Notes under the pieces: model-generated
What the model saw: only the letters and a program-made list of their open reading frames with translations
What the model was told of the DNA's origin: nothing
The model's database searches: none
Program-made: the position numbers and the translations under genes
Shown: in pieces, positions 60,543 to 64,000 of the stretch
Numbering within the stretch: the first letter of the stretch is position 1
How the letters are laid out: every line of letters starts with the position of its first letter
Source: an uncultured bacterium
Lineage (GTDB): Bacteria > Bacillota_I > Bacilli_A > RFN20 > CAG-826
Length of the DNA stretch: 64,000 bases
Direction of reading: 5' to 3'
Assembly: GCA_949297275.1 (NCBI GenBank)
Contig: CASFQR010000007.1
Location: forward strand, 2,627-66,626

Positions 60543-61747
60543 AAAAGAAAATTGGCTTAGTATTAGCAGGTGGTGGCGGGCTTGGTTCCTATGAATTAGG
60601 TGCCTTTTTAGCCCTGCATGAAGAGGGAATTAATTTTGATATTGTTACTGGCACTTCCATCGGAGCGCTTAATGGAGCGTTTATAGCCGCGAATAATATC
60701 CAAAAGATGGAAGATTTGTGGGATGAAATTACACCAGAAAAAATCATGGTAAACGGCATCAATTTTCGCACTGACTTAAGATATAATCTTCAAGATCCAA
60801 AAGCTTTAACTAAATTCATTAAAACCTTTCTCAAAAATAAATCGGTCGATATTGCCCCTTTTAAAAATTTAATTAAAAAACATCTAGATTTAGAAGCTTT
60901 AAAAAATAGTCAAACTAAATTAGGGATTGTCACAACAAATATTACCCGTAACGACGAAGTAAGAATTATTGTTAATGATTTAGATCAAGAAATGATTCTA
61001 CCTTATCTCCACGCCTCTAGTGCCTGCGTGCCCTATTTTCCTAGCGAAGAAATTAATGGTGAAAAATATGTCGATGGTTTCTTTAAAAATAATTTTCCTA
61101 TTCATTATGCTTTTTTGCTAGGGGCTGATGAAGTCTATGCCGTTGATTTAAAATTATTTAATCTTGAATCTAAGAATCAATTTTTAACTAAACTACACAA
61201 TGTAAAATATATTGCCCCAAGAGTATCTTTAGGATCGATGATTGATTTTTCGCAAGAAACGATTCAAAAGAATAAAAAACGAGGTTATAACGACACTAAA
61301 AAGTTATTGGGTCATCTTCGTGGCTATATTTTTACCTTTGAGAAAAATGAAAATTTTGAAAAATTCGCGAGTGAATTTGAAACCATAATTTTTAAAGAAA
61401 ATGGTGAAGGCGTTCAACGCTTAAGAAAATTCTTAAACGAACATAATAACGAAAATACTTGTCCATTAGGATATAAATATTCTTTATTTTTAACTTGTTT
61501 AGAATTTGTTGGACTTAAATACGAGATGCCTGATGAGACTATTTATGATGTTTTAGATTTTTATCAACAATTACACACGAAATATTTGCATTCGCGTCCT
61601 TCATTAAAACAATATATCACCCGCGCGAAAACTAATTTATTAGAAGAAATTAAAAGAGAAAATCCCAATTTATATCTTGAAGGAGCTTTAGATCATATCG
61701 ATAATATCTTTTTATATTTAGGAATCGCTATGATGCGAATTAATTAA
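60539..61747 (+). CDS. patatin-like phospholipase domain protein with a C-terminal helical extension of about 180 aa
   Basis: LVLAGGGGLGSYELG (glycine-rich loop), GTSIG (GxSxG), and YVDGFF (DG dyad position). The 4-nt ATGA overlap with the upstream gene indicates translational coupling. Confidence 0.7.
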   Translation: MKKKIGLVLAGGGGLGSYELGAFLALHEEGINFDIVTGTSIGALNGAFIAANNIQKMEDLWDEITPEKIMVNGINFRTDLRYNLQDPKALTKFIKTFLKNKSVDIAPFKNLIKKHLDLEALKNSQTKLGIVTTNITRNDEVRIIVNDLDQEMILPYLHASSACVPYFPSEEINGEKYVDGFFKNNFPIHYAFLLGADEVYAVDLKLFNLESKNQFLTKLHNVKYIAPRVSLGSMIDFSQETIQKNKKRGYNDTKKLLGHLRGYIFTFEKNENFEKFASEFETIIFKENGEGVQRLRKFLNEHNNENTCPLGYKYSLFLTCLEFVGLKYEMPDETIYDVLDFYQQLHTKYLHSRPSLKQYITRAKTNLLEEIKRENPNLYLEGALDHIDNIFLYLGIAMMRIN

Positions 61748-63128
61748 CTAAAATTTCTTCAACATTAATCGTGGATGAACCTAGACGAGAATAAATACAT
61801 GTAATATTTTTTTCAACATATTGAGGTGCATCAACTTCACTTTCAATTAATTGACTTGCATCAATGGTAATGGTCATCATAGGAGCGATTAGCGAATTAG
61901 TAATAATACTTAAATTATTAATTTCCATGGATGTTACATCTTCTTGCACATCATTAAAGAGAATATTAATAAAGGCTTGATAATAAGCATTTGTGTTAAT
62001 ATCAGCATCAGATTTTAAGGAATAAACATCTGTTAAGATACGTTCAAAATCTAAAAACGTTTGGTATTCTTCATCGCTGATTTTGCTTGCAAGTAAAAAA
62101 GTATCTTCCACCATATAATAAGGTTGAATTGTGGTGCTTTCTATTGAATTTCCCCACAAATCCCCAATATTTCTTTGATAAGTGAGATAACCTAAATGAT
62201 TAGAATTATTCACCAGCAAAACTTCATTATTTTGATTTATTTTATGTAAGGCGTCTTCGGTGGCAATAACGCTATTTTGATAAGAGGTTTCACTAATAAT
62301 TTCATCATTAGGAATAACTGTACCATCATCATTTATTGTAACGCTATATCGCGTCTCATTGATTTGAGCACTTAAGGTGTAATTCGGTCCAAATAATGAA
62401 TTACCAAAATGTGAACTAATAAAATTATTTAAAGCAAAGTCGCTAGTGGGTATTTCTCCACTAAGAAGATAATTTTCTAAAGCTTCAATAGTGGTCATAT
62501 TAATATCATAAATATCATAAATAATCGTTCGTGAGGTATCGTTCCATGAAGAAATTGTCATCACTCCTTCATCATTAATTCCTAAAGTTAGATGAGTTAA
62601 ATTTTCTGATTGAGCGTTCACTAACGGACCAAAGATATTACCTAATTCCCCATCGTTAGGAATAATCAATTCGTTATTGTCAGCATCATAAAGATATTCA
62701 TCAACATTAAGGTGACTTAAATCGATAAAAGTAGGCGATGATTCACTAGTTAATGTAGTGACATTTAATGAAGCAGTATCACTTACATCATTCATCGTAA
62801 ATTCATGCCATAAATTATCACTTAATAAAAGTAAACCGCTAGTAAAAGTAAAGTCACTAATGGAAAAAGAGGTTGCCTGATAATTTTCATTTTGGTAAAT
62901 GGTTACTAAGCCATTTGAGGCGGTAAAATTAATCGAGGCATCAGTTAATAAAACTTTTAAATCTCTTCTAAGTATCTCTTCGGATGTTAATTCCACAATC
63001 GATGTTGATTCGCTACTAGGAGAGGAATCTATAGAGGAAGGTAAAATTACTGTTGTTCGTGTCTCTTCACAAGACATCATTAGAACACCGATAACCGCTA
63101 ATAAGATAAATCCTTTTTTATTCATCAA
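61740..63128 (-). CDS. surface lipoprotein, Ser/Thr/Asn-rich
   Basis: Lipobox LMMSC; 462 aa. Confidence 0.55.
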   Translation of the reverse strand: MMNKKGFILLAVIGVLMMSCEETRTTVILPSSIDSSPSSESTSIVELTSEEILRRDLKVLLTDASINFTASNGLVTIYQNENYQATSFSISDFTFTSGLLLLSDNLWHEFTMNDVSDTASLNVTTLTSESSPTFIDLSHLNVDEYLYDADNNELIIPNDGELGNIFGPLVNAQSENLTHLTLGINDEGVMTISSWNDTSRTIIYDIYDINMTTIEALENYLLSGEIPTSDFALNNFISSHFGNSLFGPNYTLSAQINETRYSVTINDDGTVIPNDEIISETSYQNSVIATEDALHKINQNNEVLLVNNSNHLGYLTYQRNIGDLWGNSIESTTIQPYYMVEDTFLLASKISDEEYQTFLDFERILTDVYSLKSDADINTNAYYQAFINILFNDVQEDVTSMEINNLSIITNSLIAPMMTITIDASQLIESEVDAPQYVEKNITCIYSRLGSSTINVEEILVN

Positions 63129-63143
63129 TTATTATTATAACAA

Positions 63144-63968
63144 CTAATCGAGCAAATTACATTTTTCCAAAATTAAGTGAACGATTTTAAGAACATCTTC
63201 GCGATATTTAATTGTTTTAGTTAATAAATCGCGATAATAACGATAATTAGGGAAATTTCGGATAAATTTAGGTCCACTGCCCCGGAGATATCGAATGGCT
63301 TTTTCTTCGCCTTTTTCAGCAATTAATAAATCCATAAAAGTGACTAAATAATTCATCTGCAATTTTATATCATTACCATAATTTATCTTTTCACCACTAG
63401 TGAAATATTTTTCAATTGCTGTAATTAATTCAGGATTACCTAATCCGCCACGCGCAACCATAATTCCGCTTGCATGGGTAATTTCAGATGCTTTAATGGC
63501 GTCTTCTAAAGTAAAGATATCGCCACTAATTATTAATGGTACCGACATTTTATCTTGTAAATTAGTTAATAAATCGTAATGGCATTTACCTGTATATAAC
63601 TCTTTAGCGGTTCTAGCGTGCAATGCAATTGCTTTAACTCCCGCTTCTTCCAATATACGAATGGTCTCAAGAAAATTAATTGAATTATTATCATAACCTA
63701 AGCGTATTTTAGCGGTAACTGGTCGTTTAGATTTAAGCACAATCGCTTCAATTGTCTCTTTTGAGCGTTTTAAATCTTTTAAATAAGCGGAGCCAGATCC
63801 CGAATTAATTATCTTTTTGACTGGGCAAGCAAAATTAATATCTAAAATATCGTATTTAAGATCTAATTCATCTAAAACATCAATAGCCTTTAAAAGCGTT
63901 TCTTTGGAATTTCCAAATAACTGAATAGCTAAAGGTGCATCGTCTTTATTAATCGTTAACATTTCCAA
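63144..63968 (-). CDS. dus: tRNA-dihydrouridine synthase (Dus family TIM barrel); apparently lacks the usual N-terminal 50 aa
   Basis: PLAIQLFGNS...LDINFACPVKK(I) matches the Dus core. The upstream in-frame stop is at 63984-63986 and the start is TTG/ATG at about 63968/63962. The window ends at 64000. Confidence 0.6.
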   Translation of the reverse strand: MEMLTINKDDAPLAIQLFGNSKETLLKAIDVLDELDLKYDILDINFACPVKKIINSGSGSAYLKDLKRSKETIEAIVLKSKRPVTAKIRLGYDNNSINFLETIRILEEAGVKAIALHARTAKELYTGKCHYDLLTNLQDKMSVPLIISGDIFTLEDAIKASEITHASGIMVARGGLGNPELITAIEKYFTSGEKINYGNDIKLQMNYLVTFMDLLIAEKGEEKAIRYLRGSGPKFIRNFPNYRYYRDLLTKTIKYREDVLKIVHLILEKCNLLD

Positions 63969-64000
63969 GGTATTAGGGTTTTTTAAAATTAGACCACAAT

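Noticed and set aside
1-64000. CRISPR arrays, integrases/transposases, rRNA operons, prophage structural genes
   Set aside because: No spaced direct-repeat arrays. No ORF with recombinase/transposase motifs (R..H..RH..Y or DDE). No rRNA-like GC-rich long tracts beyond the tmRNA and tRNAs. The tandem repeats present are short intragenic 12-nt or 42-nt units.
1-64000. Mycoplasma/Spiroplasma code (TGA=Trp)
   Set aside because: Housekeeping genes translate full-length in the standard code with in-frame TGG for Trp and TGA used as terminators (for example rpsG ends ...HYRW-TAA, others TGA). So the organism is Acholeplasma-like or Firmicute-like rather than a code-4 mollicute.

Overview
The window is AT-rich (about 30% GC overall, estimated by eye). 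It reads as a wall-less, low-GC Firmicute of the Mollicutes/Acholeplasma type using the standard genetic code. TGA appears to act as a stop: long genes such as uvrA (951 aa), por (1181 aa) and fusA (691 aa) are uninterrupted in standard translation, and Trp is TGG. Every lipoprotein ORF has a Cys-containing lipobox, and there are many of them. The core backbone is largely syntenic with Bacillus-type chromosomes. It includes rapZ(partial)-ppaX-like HAD-lgt-uvrA, tRNA-Pro, pyruvate:ferredoxin oxidoreductase, the str operon (rpsL-rpsG-fusA-tuf), rpsF-ssb-rpsR-gdpP-rplI-dnaB, lysS, tmRNA (ssrA), tRNA-Lys and a dus-like gene at the window edge. Accessory content is a CUT1-type sugar ABC operon with an SNase-like lipoprotein nuclease and two other lipoproteins, and two duplicated modules of an M6 (InhA-like) metalloprotease lipoprotein plus a partner lipoprotein flanking the str operon. 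There is also a MacB/FtsX-type ABC exporter with UDP-glucose dehydrogenase and an ATP-grasp enzyme. Two decayed accessory loci sit just downstream of the 3' ends of tRNA-Lys and tmRNA. Both carry pseudogenised paralogs of an AlbA_2/HATPase_c_4/HTH regulator family, each with a 12-nt tandem repeat at the same domain junction and the HTH domain out of frame. A tightly coupled three-gene operon (a zinc-ribbon polytopic membrane protein plus two patatin-like phospholipases) is the best candidate for an undescribed system. A GC-rich, ORF-free structured tract of about 200 nt next to tmRNA is an unassigned candidate ncRNA or leader.
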